Positions 18,355-27,016 of a DNA stretch of 32,000 bases are shown in pieces (within the stretch, counting starts at the first letter, position 1; each line of letters starts with the position of its first letter). Source of the stretch: Desulfobulbus propionicus DSM 2032 (GTDB lineage: Bacteria; Desulfobacterota; Desulfobulbia; Desulfobulbales; Desulfobulbaceae); contig NC_014972.1 of the NCBI RefSeq assembly GCF_000186885.1, positions 390,001-422,000 on the forward strand, in the 5' to 3' direction. The notes under the pieces were generated by a model, which was not told the DNA's origin, searched no databases, and saw nothing but the letters and a program-made list of their open reading frames with translations. The position numbers and the translations under genes were made by a program.

Positions 18355-18730
18355 AATGGTGCTCCTTGTTTGAATGAAAAGACAATGTATGAGGGATCGC
18401 CCGGATAACCGGCCGACCATCCGACAAACAAACAACCGCTCGCTGTGCCATCGCCTTGGCCACGGAGCATTCACCCGTTAAGCGCCGAGGGGATGTTATC
18501 GCTTCTTCCACACCACATCCATCACCGCAGCGGTGGACGGAACAATTCGCTTCGAGGCATTCCGGCGTCGGGAAATTGTTCAACCGTACCTTTTACCCTG
18601 CGAAGCCGACAAAGGCAAGACTGGAAAACCGGGCAATTGGCGCGATTGAGAGCGGTGTTCGGCGGCAAGGGGATGGGCGAAACCCTGGCGAACCTGTCGC
18701 GGTGGCCTGGTTCGGGGCCACAAACCGGCC

Positions 18731-19882
18731 CTAGACCAGTTCGGCCATCACCCGGTTGGCCAGGGGTAGGCCCGTGGGCGAGAGACGGAGGCGGTCGTGT
18801 TCAAGGATCACCAATCCCTGATCGAGCAGCCGCGACAGGGTGGGGCCGTAATAGGTTGGGAGATGGATGGCGAATCGCTGCGCAAGAGCGCTGATCGATA
18901 CACCTGCCAGCAGGCGCAATCCCATGATCACGGTTTCGCGGAAGGCGGCTTCGGCATCCAACCGCTCTGTCGTCTGCCAAACGGTTTGCCCGGTGGCGAT
19001 CCAATGGCAATAGGCAGCGAGGTCGGCAACGGCGGTTCGGCGCTGGCCGCCGAAAGCGGCAACTGCACCCGGTCCCAGGCCAAGATACCAGCCATTTTGC
19101 CAGTAGTTGCGGTTGTGGGCGCATTCAAGGCCGGGCAGGGCGTAGTTGGATATTTCATACCGATGGAGGCCGTGGCGGCCGACGGTGCGGTCGATCGCCG
19201 TCATCATGGCCAGTACCTCGTCCTCTGGGGGCAGGGTCCACTGCCGCTGGGCGAGTTGCCGGGCAAAAGGAGTGTGCTCCTCCACGGTCAGCTCATAGAG
19301 CGAGCAGTGGTCGATGCCGGCAGCCAGGATCCGTTCCAATCCGCGCTGCCAGGAGTTCACCGTTTGCCCCGGCAGACCGTACATCAGGTCGGCGCTGCAG
19401 TTCTCGAAGCCGGCCTCGCGGGCGGCGGCGAGGATGGCCAGGGCCTCGTCGGCGGTGTGGATTCGGCCGAGCTGGTGCAGCTCCCGGTCGTCCAGCGATT
19501 GGATGCCGATGGAGAGACGATTGCATCCGGCCCGGTTCAACTGCCGGAGGCCTGTGGGATCGATGGTTCCGGGGTTGACCTCGATGGTGATTTCCGGCTG
19601 TTCGGTGGCGAAAGGGAACACGGCGCGGCAATCGGCCAGCAGGGTGGCCAAGGCCTCGGGTGGAAGGAGGGAAGGCGTGCCGCCGCCGAAAAAAACAGTG
19701 GCAAAGCGCAGCGCCTGGATCTCAGGCACTGCGGCCAACTGCCGCATCTGCAACCGTACTGTCTCGACATAGCGCCGGATGTCCCCGGCTTGGGGAACAA
19801 TAGAGAAAAAACTGCAGTAAGGGCACTTGCGGCGGCAGAAAGGCACATGGAGGTAAATGCCGGCTTGGGCGGCAAGGTCCAT
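18731..19882 (-). CDS. hemW: radical SAM HemN-like protein (HemW-type heme chaperone / coproporphyrinogen oxidase-like)
   Basis: IYLHVPFCRRKCPYCSF is the CxxxCxxC radical-SAM motif, with a HemN_C-like tail. ATG 19882 lies 1 nt after the radC stop; the upstream alternative is 19921. Confidence 0.88.
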   Translation of the reverse strand: MDLAAQAGIYLHVPFCRRKCPYCSFFSIVPQAGDIRRYVETVRLQMRQLAAVPEIQALRFATVFFGGGTPSLLPPEALATLLADCRAVFPFATEQPEITIEVNPGTIDPTGLRQLNRAGCNRLSIGIQSLDDRELHQLGRIHTADEALAILAAAREAGFENCSADLMYGLPGQTVNSWQRGLERILAAGIDHCSLYELTVEEHTPFARQLAQRQWTLPPEDEVLAMMTAIDRTVGRHGLHRYEISNYALPGLECAHNRNYWQNGWYLGLGPGAVAAFGGQRRTAVADLAAYCHWIATGQTVWQTTERLDAEAAFRETVIMGLRLLAGVSISALAQRFAIHLPTYYGPTLSRLLDQGLVILEHDRLRLSPTGLPLANRVMAELV

Positions 19883-19883
19883 G

Positions 19884-20621
19884 TCAGGCGGTCCGGTCGA
19901 GCAGGCGGCGGCAGTCGGCACGGATCTTGGCCATGATTCCCTGGTCGGCGAAACTGTACACTTGATCGGAGGCGCCGATGATCAGGTGGTCGAGCAGGTT
20001 GATGTGCATGAACGAGCAGATCAGATGGAGGGAGCGTGTGAGCTCTTCATCCTGGCGGGAGGGGGTGAGGCTGCCCGAGGGATGGTTGTGGGCGATCACC
20101 AGGGCGCTGGCATTGCGGGCCAGGGCGGCCTTGACCAGCTCGCGCGGGTAGACGGTATTGACCGTGACCGTGCCCTCGGCCACCACGGCCGCGTCGATGA
20201 TGCCGTGGGCGGCGTCGAGGAAGACCACGGTCAATACTTCGTGTTGCAGGCCGCGCATGGAGTGGATCAGATAGTCGGCCACCTCGCGGGAGGAGTGGAC
20301 ATACTGCTTGCCAACGATGCGCTGGCGCAGGTAGCGCCGGGCCACCCCCTGGATGAACTGGAGGGCGAAGATGTTCTTCGGACCGATCCCCTTGATCTGC
20401 TGTAACTGGATCGGCGAGGCGTCGAGCACGGCGGGCAGGGATTTGAACTGGGCCAGCGCCGCGCGCGCCGCCTCCTTGCAATCGGAGCGCGGTGTGCCGA
20501 AGGTCAGCAGCAGTTCGATGATTTCGCTGTCGGTGAAGGCCTCGATCCCCTGCGCCAGGAGCTTGTCGCGCAGCCGCTGGCGATGGCCCGCACCCTTGTC
20601 CTGCCAGTCACATTTATCCAC
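19884..20621 (-). CDS. radC: RadC-family JAB/MPN-domain protein
   Basis: N-terminal HhH-like region …FTDSEIIELLLTFGTP… and the JAMM-like motif …LVIAHNHPSGSLTPSRQD…. The ORF begins with GTG at 20621, 7 nt after the gatB stop; no in-frame ATG is nearby. Confidence 0.88.
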   Translation of the reverse strand: MDKCDWQDKGAGHRQRLRDKLLAQGIEAFTDSEIIELLLTFGTPRSDCKEAARAALAQFKSLPAVLDASPIQLQQIKGIGPKNIFALQFIQGVARRYLRQRIVGKQYVHSSREVADYLIHSMRGLQHEVLTVVFLDAAHGIIDAAVVAEGTVTVNTVYPRELVKAALARNASALVIAHNHPSGSLTPSRQDEELTRSLHLICSFMHINLLDHLIIGASDQVYSFADQGIMAKIRADCRRLLDRTA

Positions 20622-20628
20622 AGCGGTT

Positions 20629-22056
20629 TCAGGCGTTCAGCTCCTGGGCAAACAGCTTGTTGGCCAGCTGGGGGTTCGCCTGCCCCTTGGTCTTCTGCAT
20701 CAGTTGGCCGACGAAGAAACCCATCACCTTGGTCTTGCCATCGCGGAACTGTTGCACTTGATCCGGGTTGGCGTTGATAATTTCTCGCACCAGGGCCACC
20801 AAGGCACCCTCGTCGCTCATCTGCACCAGCCCCTTGGCCTTGACGATCGCCTCCGGATCGTCGCCGCTGGTCAGCATCTCGGTAAAGACCGTCTTGGCGA
20901 TCTTGCCCGAAATGGTGCCTTCCTCGATCAGGCGCAGCAACTTGGCCAACTGTGCCGGCCTGACCGGGCATTCGCCAATGCGTTCGGGGCCGTAGTCACG
21001 CAGGAGTTCGGTACCGATGAAGTTGGCCAGTTTTTTGGCGTTGGCAAAGTTCAGCAGGGCCTCTTCGAAATAGTCGGCCAGTTCACGGGAGGCGGTGAGA
21101 AGGGCGGCATCATAATCGGTCAGCCCAATATCACTGACAAACCGTTGCCGCCGCCGATCCGGCAGTTCGGGCAATTCGGCACGCACCTGTTCAATCCACG
21201 CCTCGTCAACCACCACCGGGATCAGGTCCGGGTCCGGAAAGTAGCGGTAGTCGTGGGCCTCTTCCTTGCCACGCATCGGCTCGGTCCGCCCCTTGTCCGG
21301 ATCCCACAGCAGGGTCTGCTGGATCACCTCGCCGCCTTCAAGCAGAACGTCGCGTTGGCGGCGGATCTCGTATTCCAGCGCCAATTGCACGTTGCGAAAC
21401 GAATTCATGTTCTTCAGCTCGGTGCGGGTACCGAACTCCTGCTGCCCTCGTGGTCGCAGCGAGATGTTGGCATCGCAGCGGAAACTGCCCTCCTGCATGT
21501 TGCCGTCGCAGATATCGAGGTAGCGGACAATGGCATGCAGTTTCTTCAAATAGGCGGCGGCCTCCTCCGGCGAGCGCAGGTCCGGTTCGCTGACGATTTC
21601 GAGCAACGGCGTGCCGGTGCGGTTGAGATCGACATAGCTGACCGGCTCGCGTTCGTCATGAACCAGCTTGCCGGCATCCTCCTCCATGTGGATGCGGGTG
21701 ATACCGATGGTCTTGGGCGTCTGGCCGTCTACCTCGATCTCGATGCGGCCGTGCTCGCAGATGGGCAGTTCGAACTGGGAGATCTGGTACCCCTTGGGCA
21801 GATCTGGATAAAAATAATTTTTGCGGGCAAAGCGGTTTTCCCGGTTGATGGTCGATTCGGTGGCCAATCCCAGCTTGATGGCCGACTCCACCACCTTACG
21901 GTTGAGCACCGGCAGCGAGCCGGGCATGCCCAGGCATACCGGGCAGGTGTGGGTGTTGGGCGGCGCGCCGAACTCGGTGGAGCAACCACAGAAAATTTTG
22001 CTCTTGGTCTTCATCTGGGCATGGATTTCCAGCCCGATCACGGTTTCAAATTCCAT
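20629..22056 (-). CDS. gatB: Asp-tRNA(Asn)/Glu-tRNA(Gln) amidotransferase subunit B
   Basis: ORF trimmed to ATG 22056. [25 protein letters not shown]…[14 protein letters not shown]… is the canonical GatB N-terminus, with a GatB/YqeY-type C-terminal tail. 475 aa. Confidence 0.95.
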   Translation of the reverse strand: MEFETVIGLEIHAQMKTKSKIFCGCSTEFGAPPNTHTCPVCLGMPGSLPVLNRKVVESAIKLGLATESTINRENRFARKNYFYPDLPKGYQISQFELPICEHGRIEIEVDGQTPKTIGITRIHMEEDAGKLVHDEREPVSYVDLNRTGTPLLEIVSEPDLRSPEEAAAYLKKLHAIVRYLDICDGNMQEGSFRCDANISLRPRGQQEFGTRTELKNMNSFRNVQLALEYEIRRQRDVLLEGGEVIQQTLLWDPDKGRTEPMRGKEEAHDYRYFPDPDLIPVVVDEAWIEQVRAELPELPDRRRQRFVSDIGLTDYDAALLTASRELADYFEEALLNFANAKKLANFIGTELLRDYGPERIGECPVRPAQLAKLLRLIEEGTISGKIAKTVFTEMLTSGDDPEAIVKAKGLVQMSDEGALVALVREIINANPDQVQQFRDGKTKVMGFFVGQLMQKTKGQANPQLANKLFAQELNA

Positions 22057-22079
22057 AACGTTGTTGTGTGCTAAAGGCG

Positions 22080-22625
22080 TTATCCTTGATGGACGCCGGA
22101 CTCGATCCAGGCGCGAATCTTGATCAGTTCCTCGTTCCACAGATGCGAGGCCCTGATGTTAATGAACAGGCGGAACAGATCGCCCACCAGGTGGGTCAGT
22201 TGCTCGAAGAGGCCGATCCGTTCGAGGATGCGCCCCTCCAAACTCTCGGCGTCCTTGCCCTCGTCGGCCGCATCCACTGTTTTGGGCAGGCGGATGTTGC
22301 GGAACTCGAAGATCGCCGCCGTGAGGGTGACACCGAATTCGTAATCGCCATAGGCCAGACGCAGGCGGGCCTGTTCCGGTTTCTTGGCTAGGCCAAGTCC
22401 GGCCCTGGCCTCCTTGAGCTCGGTTTGTAGGCCGCGGCAGATCACCTTCTCGCTGGCATCGCCCTCGCCGTATTCGAGCAGCATGTGCTTTTCAAAAACC
22501 ACCAGCACGTCACCCCGGCCCGGCACCTCGACGCTACCGCCGCGCTCCTCCGACTTGAACCACAGCCAGGCGAGAAACTCCTGGCCAAGAAATCTTTTTT
22601 CCTGAATAAGATCGACAAGATCCAT
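22080..22625 (-). CDS. hypothetical protein (181 aa) resembling the C-terminal part of RdgC (tentative)
   Basis: ATG verified at 22625. Its segments follow the order of the C-terminal third of E. coli RdgC as recalled from memory: [10 protein letters not shown]; [29 protein letters not shown]; [28 protein letters not shown]. Needs an HMM check. Confidence 0.55.
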   Translation of the reverse strand: MDLVDLIQEKRFLGQEFLAWLWFKSEERGGSVEVPGRGDVLVVFEKHMLLEYGEGDASEKVICRGLQTELKEARAGLGLAKKPEQARLRLAYGDYEFGVTLTAAIFEFRNIRLPKTVDAADEGKDAESLEGRILERIGLFEQLTHLVGDLFRLFINIRASHLWNEELIKIRAWIESGVHQG

Positions 22626-22664
22626 AGATTGTTCCGTTGACGTGGCGGCAAGGCACCGCCAGGA

Positions 22665-24509
22665 TTACAGTTCGAGCGTTAACGCCTCTTTGCCTTGTTG
22701 TTTTTCCGCGGCCTCGACACTCTGCTGAAAAATGGCCGCTGCCCGCTGCTGATAGTGTTGGGCTTCCTCGGATTTACGCTGATTGGTGCACAGTTTGGCT
22801 AATTCCTGGAGGATGGCGGCCACGCTCGGGTGCTCCTTGCCATGCACGGCCTCGTTGATGGCCAGGGATTTCCGGTAACAGGCCTCGGCTTCGGCATACT
22901 GCCCCTGAAGGCGATAGGATTCGGCCAGGTTATTGAGACTGATGACCAACTGGGGATGGGTCGGCCGCAGGGTTTTCTCCTGGATGCGGACCAACCGTTC
23001 ATAAAGCGGCACCGCCTGTTTCTCCATCTCCAATTCCATGCACAGGGCCGCCAGCTTGGCCAGGATGCCAGTCAAGGCGGGATGCTCTCTACCGCGTTTC
23101 TTTTCCAGAATATCCAGGGCCTTCTTATACAGGGCCACCGCCTTGTCATATTCCCCCAGGGTTTCCTGGTATTCGCCGATCTGCCGCCAACTGACCGCCA
23201 TCTCTACATGGTCCTGTCCCAGTTGCTTGGCCAGGCTGGTCATCGATTCCTTGTAAAGCGGACCGGCCTTCTGGTACTGGCCGCTGAGGACGTAGGTATA
23301 GGCCAATTCCCGCTGGGCCAGCGCCAAGGCCAGGGGATCGGTTGCGCTACTCTCCTTGGAGAGCTGGACAAAGGATTCCAGCCACGGCACCGCTTCCTTG
23401 TACTTATAGAGGCAGCGGGCTGTTCGACCGGCGGACTGGAGGTGACGAGGGTTGCCCGGTTCCTTGGCCACTGCCAGGCGGTACCTTTCCATGGCCTGTT
23501 GCAGGTCAACGCGGCACTCGGCCAACTGACCGCTGAAATGGGCGGCCTGGGCGGCAAGGGGGTGGGATTGTCCGCTCAGGTGCGCCAGATACGCCTCGGC
23601 TGCCGCCGGCTCGCCGACCTGCAATTGGTCGATGGCTGCCGTCAACTCTGGTTCTCCGTTTTCGTGTCGCAACCGTACCAGGGCGTCCAGGATCTGCTGG
23701 TAACAGGCCATTTCGTCCACATAACTGTCGGCCAGCAGGGCCAGCTTGTCGTTCATGATCACCAGCTCGCGCTGCAACTGATCCCGTCGTTTGTCGTCCT
23801 GCTGTTCAATGGCCTGGGCCAAGGCGGCTCTTTGCCGCTCTTCCAGGGCGTTCAGGCGGGAGGCATAGGCCTCAAGGCTCAGGCGGACCAGCGGCGGGGG
23901 CTCTTCGGAAGCCTTGGGCTCGGCCACAAGGTCGGGAATAGCGAAATCCATCACCTCTGTCTGGAGTTGGCCACTGGCAGGCGATTCGGCGCGCCCTTCC
24001 CCTTCCTCGGGGAAGGGTGCGGCGGAGGGCGATGCGCTTTCAGCAGCCGCCACGACCTTCTGTTCGTTGATCGCCTCTTGTTCCCCTTCGGTTGCCGCTG
24101 CGAGAACCGGCTCTGTTTCCTCGGCCAACCGATCGTGCTCGACAATCGCCAACGGCTCTGCCGCCTCACCCCTCTCCTGATCTTCCGTGATGGGTTCCAC
24201 TGCGGCTGGGGGCTCGGTCGGCGTTGGCTCGGCAACCGCTGCTGTCGTGTCCGATGTCGGCGCGACGGTCATTTCCAAGGAGGGAAGCTCTGGTGTTATG
24301 ACCGTGGCAGCCGATTCCTCCGGAACAGGAGCGACTGCGGGCGCCTCAACAGCCTGGGGCGGTTCCTGCTCGGGTGGCAGGGCAGGGCGTTGCGCCTGTT
24401 CCTCGGCTTTGCTGACCGTGGATTTTTTCCGGGCGGCCTGATTTTTCCACAGGAAGACAACCGCGAGCAGGGCAATCCCCACGAGCAGGGCAAGCGCGAA
24501 TCCGTTCAT
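22665..24509 (-). CDS. membrane-anchored protein with an acidic Pro/Glu/Ala-rich spacer, a coiled coil and C-terminal TPR repeats
   Basis: N-terminal TM helix MNGFALALLVGIALLAVVFLW, followed by a low-complexity acidic region of roughly 200 aa. The C-terminal half has repeated TPR_12-like units (…YKKALDILEKKRGREHPALTGILAKLA…, …YRKSLAINEAVHGKEHPSVAAILQELA…). GGAGG lies 4 nt upstream of ATG 24509. Confidence 0.85.
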   Translation of the reverse strand: MNGFALALLVGIALLAVVFLWKNQAARKKSTVSKAEEQAQRPALPPEQEPPQAVEAPAVAPVPEESAATVITPELPSLEMTVAPTSDTTAAVAEPTPTEPPAAVEPITEDQERGEAAEPLAIVEHDRLAEETEPVLAAATEGEQEAINEQKVVAAAESASPSAAPFPEEGEGRAESPASGQLQTEVMDFAIPDLVAEPKASEEPPPLVRLSLEAYASRLNALEERQRAALAQAIEQQDDKRRDQLQRELVIMNDKLALLADSYVDEMACYQQILDALVRLRHENGEPELTAAIDQLQVGEPAAAEAYLAHLSGQSHPLAAQAAHFSGQLAECRVDLQQAMERYRLAVAKEPGNPRHLQSAGRTARCLYKYKEAVPWLESFVQLSKESSATDPLALALAQRELAYTYVLSGQYQKAGPLYKESMTSLAKQLGQDHVEMAVSWRQIGEYQETLGEYDKAVALYKKALDILEKKRGREHPALTGILAKLAALCMELEMEKQAVPLYERLVRIQEKTLRPTHPQLVISLNNLAESYRLQGQYAEAEACYRKSLAINEAVHGKEHPSVAAILQELAKLCTNQRKSEEAQHYQQRAAAIFQQSVEAAEKQQGKEALTLEL

Positions 24510-24553
24510 TTTTCCTCCATCGTCTTCAGCGAACGTGGTTGTGCAGCCGTTGA

Positions 24554-25159
24554 TTACAGCAAAATGGCGGGGCGCATTTCCTCATATTTTTCCAATGCCT
24601 CGCCTTCGGCCATGCGTTGGCCGGTCAGCCAAGGGATCTGCAGGATGAGCGAGAGGTGAAAGGTCTCCTTGAACAGATCCTCAAGGAGAGCCATGGCCTT
24701 TTTGCTGGTGGAAAAAAAGAGCAGGGTGCTGTCGGCCAAATTCCAGCACAGGTCATAGGTGGAGGGAACCGGCGGCGATTTGCGAATCAGTTCGGCGCGC
24801 ACCCGCTCCTTGATCTCTAGGCGGGCCGCCCGATTTAATCGGGGGATCTGTTTTTCCCGCTTGATCCGTTCTTCTTCTTTGGCGACATATTTTTTCAGTA
24901 CCGACGGTGCCACCTTGCGCTCGTCAACCCGCATCGTCAAGGCGATGTAGTCCCCGGCGGCATAGGAGCTGTAGGCGAAGCCGGCGTCAAACATGTCCGC
25001 GACCGAAACCCAGCCGATGGAATATTCGTCCATGGTGTCGTCGATATCCTTGAAGCTCATCGCCGCGATTCTCTGGGCGGCAACATCCCAGAATGATTCG
25101 GGCAATTCCCCTACCACCGAAAAACGTGTCAACGATGCTGAACCTGCGAGTAATCCCAT
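24554..25159 (-). CDS. RdgC-like protein (N-terminal ~200-residue portion of the RdgC fold)
   Basis: MGLLAGSASLTRFSV…IGWVSVADMF…RVDERKVAPSVLKKYV…RLNRAARLEIKERVRAELI…CWNLADSTLLFFSTSKKAMALLEDLF parallels E. coli RdgC residues ~1-200 (recalled). The start is taken at ATG 25159; the ORF extends to an upstream ATG at 25198. Confidence 0.65.
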   Translation of the reverse strand: MGLLAGSASLTRFSVVGELPESFWDVAAQRIAAMSFKDIDDTMDEYSIGWVSVADMFDAGFAYSSYAAGDYIALTMRVDERKVAPSVLKKYVAKEEERIKREKQIPRLNRAARLEIKERVRAELIRKSPPVPSTYDLCWNLADSTLLFFSTSKKAMALLEDLFKETFHLSLILQIPWLTGQRMAEGEALEKYEEMRPAILL

Positions 25160-25354
25160 ACTATCCTGACCATGAAAAAATCCGGATGGAGAATCCATCT
25201 TTCATTTGGACAAATTTGAGTCGATTGTACTCGCAAACCCGCGCACAGACCACAAGGATTTTAGTAAAATTGGTCTAACTGTGGAGGCCGTAACGGCATG
25301 GGACATGACAAGGCCCTCTTGGGGGGAGAAAATAATTCTGAAAGATATTTTTGG

Positions 25355-25383
25355 TTGACACGCTCAGGAGAACTTAGTAGAGA
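25355..25383 (+). promoter_or_regulatory. candidate promoter for the tRNA-Lys/tRNA-Glu pair
   Basis: TTGACA at 25355-25360, preceded by an A/T-rich UP-like stretch. There is only a weak -10 candidate (TAGAGA at 25378-25383, 17-nt spacer), about 18 nt before the tRNA. Confidence 0.3.
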
Positions 25384-25400
25384 GAGTCTCTCGAAATGAA

Positions 25401-25476
25401 GGGTCGTTAACTCAGTCGGTAGAGTATCTGCCTTTTAAGCAGAGAGTCGCGCGTTCGAGCCGCGCACGACCCACCA
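25401..25476 (+). tRNA. tRNA-Lys (anticodon UUU)
   Basis: The cloverleaf folds by eye. Acceptor GGGTCGT/ACGACCC. Anticodon stem TCTGC/GCAGA with loop CTTTTAA. T-arm GCGCG-TTCGAGC-CGCGC. Encoded CCA end. Confidence 0.95.
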
Positions 25477-25494
25477 TCCAGTATTTTAAGACCT

Positions 25495-25572
25495 GTCCCC
25501 ATCGTCTAGCCAGGTCCAGGACACCGGCCTTTCACGCCGGCAACACCGGTTCAAATCCGGTTGGGGACGCCA
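25495..25572 (+). tRNA. tRNA-Glu (anticodon UUC)
   Basis: Acceptor GTCCCCA/TGGGGAC. Anticodon stem CCGGC/GCCGG with loop CTTTCAC. T-arm ACCGG-TTCAAAT-CCGGT. Encoded CCA. Very similar to E. coli tRNA-Glu. Confidence 0.95.
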
Positions 25573-25599
25573 AATAAATCAGCTAGTTATCTAGCTGGG

Positions 25600-26673
25600 T
25601 CATACTCCGAGAACCTGCTGAAGGATTTTTGAAGGATTTTTCTCGGAAGCAGTTAAGCCGGGGAGTGCCGCTAGCACTTCCCGGTTTTCTTTTTTCAGCC
25701 TGTGAATATACCGTTGAGTCGTCGCCAAGCTGGTGTGACGGAGCATGTATTGAATTTCAACCAGGGGCACATTCTGCGCCGCCAGGATTGAAGCAAACAG
25801 ATGCCGGATTCCGTGAAAACCAAACGGCTTTACCCCGGCTTCCTTGCAGACCTTTTTCAGCCAATGCTGGCGGTATTGATAGGCAAGGCTCCGATAGCTG
25901 ACAAATACATGTTCCTTCAAGTCGCTGTTTCCCTTCTTGTGCCGTAACAGCCACTCGGCAAGATCGTCCTTGATGCTCAACCACTGAGAGCGCCATTCTC
26001 CGACCTTATTTTTTCTCCAGCTGAGGCGGATTCTTTTACGAAAAAAATCCACATCGGCCCAGGTAAGACGGAACAGCTCATCCCGACGGGCTCCGGTCTG
26101 CAAGTAGCAATAGAGCATCAGCTTATCTTGGTCCTGGACGAGAGAATGAAAGACCTTCCAAAAATCGTCCAGGGTTGGAACGTATCTTTCGAACCGCTCC
26201 GAGGCGAATTTCTCCACCTTGGAAAACGGGTTTTCGCTGGGGAGTTGAAGAAACTTCACGCCCCAGGACCAAGCCGCCGACAAATTTTTCCTGTCTTTAT
26301 TGGCAGCGTTCCCGGATCGGCTGATGGATTGCCTTTGCAAAGCCTTTTGGACTTGCAGGGCGGTTAACCGATTGGCCGATTCTTTCGGGTTGATGCCAGA
26401 GTAGGCAAAAAATTGACGAAAGGCCATTCGTTTTTCGTCAAACGTCTTGCCGGTAAAATTTTGCTCTGCATGCCTTAGATATTCAGTTGCCCAATCAAGC
26501 AAGCAAACCGAATGGGTCTTTTGTTCGGCTATTTCGTCGGGAAGTTGTTCGGACTCCCACAAAAGAGCCTCTTTCTTGGTCAGAAAGCTTTTCCTCTGCC
26601 TCTTTCCGTTGACTATCCTCTGTCCCGTCCAGGGATATTTGTCTTTGTTGTTGTTGTAGTTTTTGTACGCCAT
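25600..26673 (-). CDS. int: tyrosine recombinase / phage integrase
   Basis: 357 aa. N-terminal arm-type region …RIVNGKRQRKSFLTKKEALLWE…. The catalytic C-terminus …FGFHGIRHLFASIL…LRHTSLATTQRYIH… has the R..H-x-x-R..Y pattern. Confidence 0.93.
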   Translation of the reverse strand: MAYKNYNNNKDKYPWTGQRIVNGKRQRKSFLTKKEALLWESEQLPDEIAEQKTHSVCLLDWATEYLRHAEQNFTGKTFDEKRMAFRQFFAYSGINPKESANRLTALQVQKALQRQSISRSGNAANKDRKNLSAAWSWGVKFLQLPSENPFSKVEKFASERFERYVPTLDDFWKVFHSLVQDQDKLMLYCYLQTGARRDELFRLTWADVDFFRKRIRLSWRKNKVGEWRSQWLSIKDDLAEWLLRHKKGNSDLKEHVFVSYRSLAYQYRQHWLKKVCKEAGVKPFGFHGIRHLFASILAAQNVPLVEIQYMLRHTSLATTQRYIHRLKKENREVLAALPGLTASEKNPSKILQQVLGV

Positions 26674-26821
26674 GATTCATAACCTCATTTCGTGGAAATC
26701 TCCAAGAACGTGGCCCCAAGCGTACTCCCCCGATCTTTTCAAGACCGTAGCGAAGCAAGACACGCTTTTCAACTCGGAAATATTCACAAACCTCTTTCAA
26801 GGTCATCATTTCAGGATACAT
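26495..26821 (-). CDS. xis: excisionase/AlpA-like helix-turn-helix protein
   Basis: MTLKEVCEYFRVEKRVLLRYGLEKIGGVRLGPRSWRFPRNEV is the MerR-superfamily excisionase-type HTH pattern. AGGA lies 8 nt upstream of ATG 26821. The reading frame stays open for 179 nt into the integrase gene. Confidence 0.7.
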   Translation of the reverse strand: MYPEMMTLKEVCEYFRVEKRVLLRYGLEKIGGVRLGPRSWRFPRNEVMNHGVQKLQQQQRQISLDGTEDSQRKEAEEKLSDQERGSFVGVRTTSRRNSRTKDPFGLLA

Positions 26822-26994
26822 TTTTCAAATCCTGGTAAAAATTGCTGCCGAGGATCGACGGCGGATTGTTTCTCTTCACGGACGGCGGCTTTTATGCGGC
26901 GGGCACGTTCGGCAACGGCGGGCATATACTCAGCCCCAAGGGCTTTGTCCCCCATCAGGCCCCTCCGGGGTGTGGTAAAAATCGAATTTTTCAT
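26806..26994 (-). CDS. hypothetical small protein (62 aa) filling the initiator-xis gap
   Basis: Internal ATG 26994 of ORF 26806..27222. MKNSIFTTPRRGLMGDKALGAEYMPAVAERARRIKAAVREEKQ…. It occupies the otherwise non-coding 195-nt gap. Weak RBS. Confidence 0.3.
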   Translation of the reverse strand: MKNSIFTTPRRGLMGDKALGAEYMPAVAERARRIKAAVREEKQSAVDPRQQFLPGFEKCILK

Positions 26995-27016
26995 TTCCTT
27001 GCGTACCTCAATCCGA

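Noticed and set aside
25581-25596. The palindrome AGCTAGTTATCTAGCT between tRNA-Glu and the integrase stop, considered as an att core or a terminator.
   Set aside because: The stem is only 6 bp, there is no U-tract, and the other end of the element is not available to test it as an att site.
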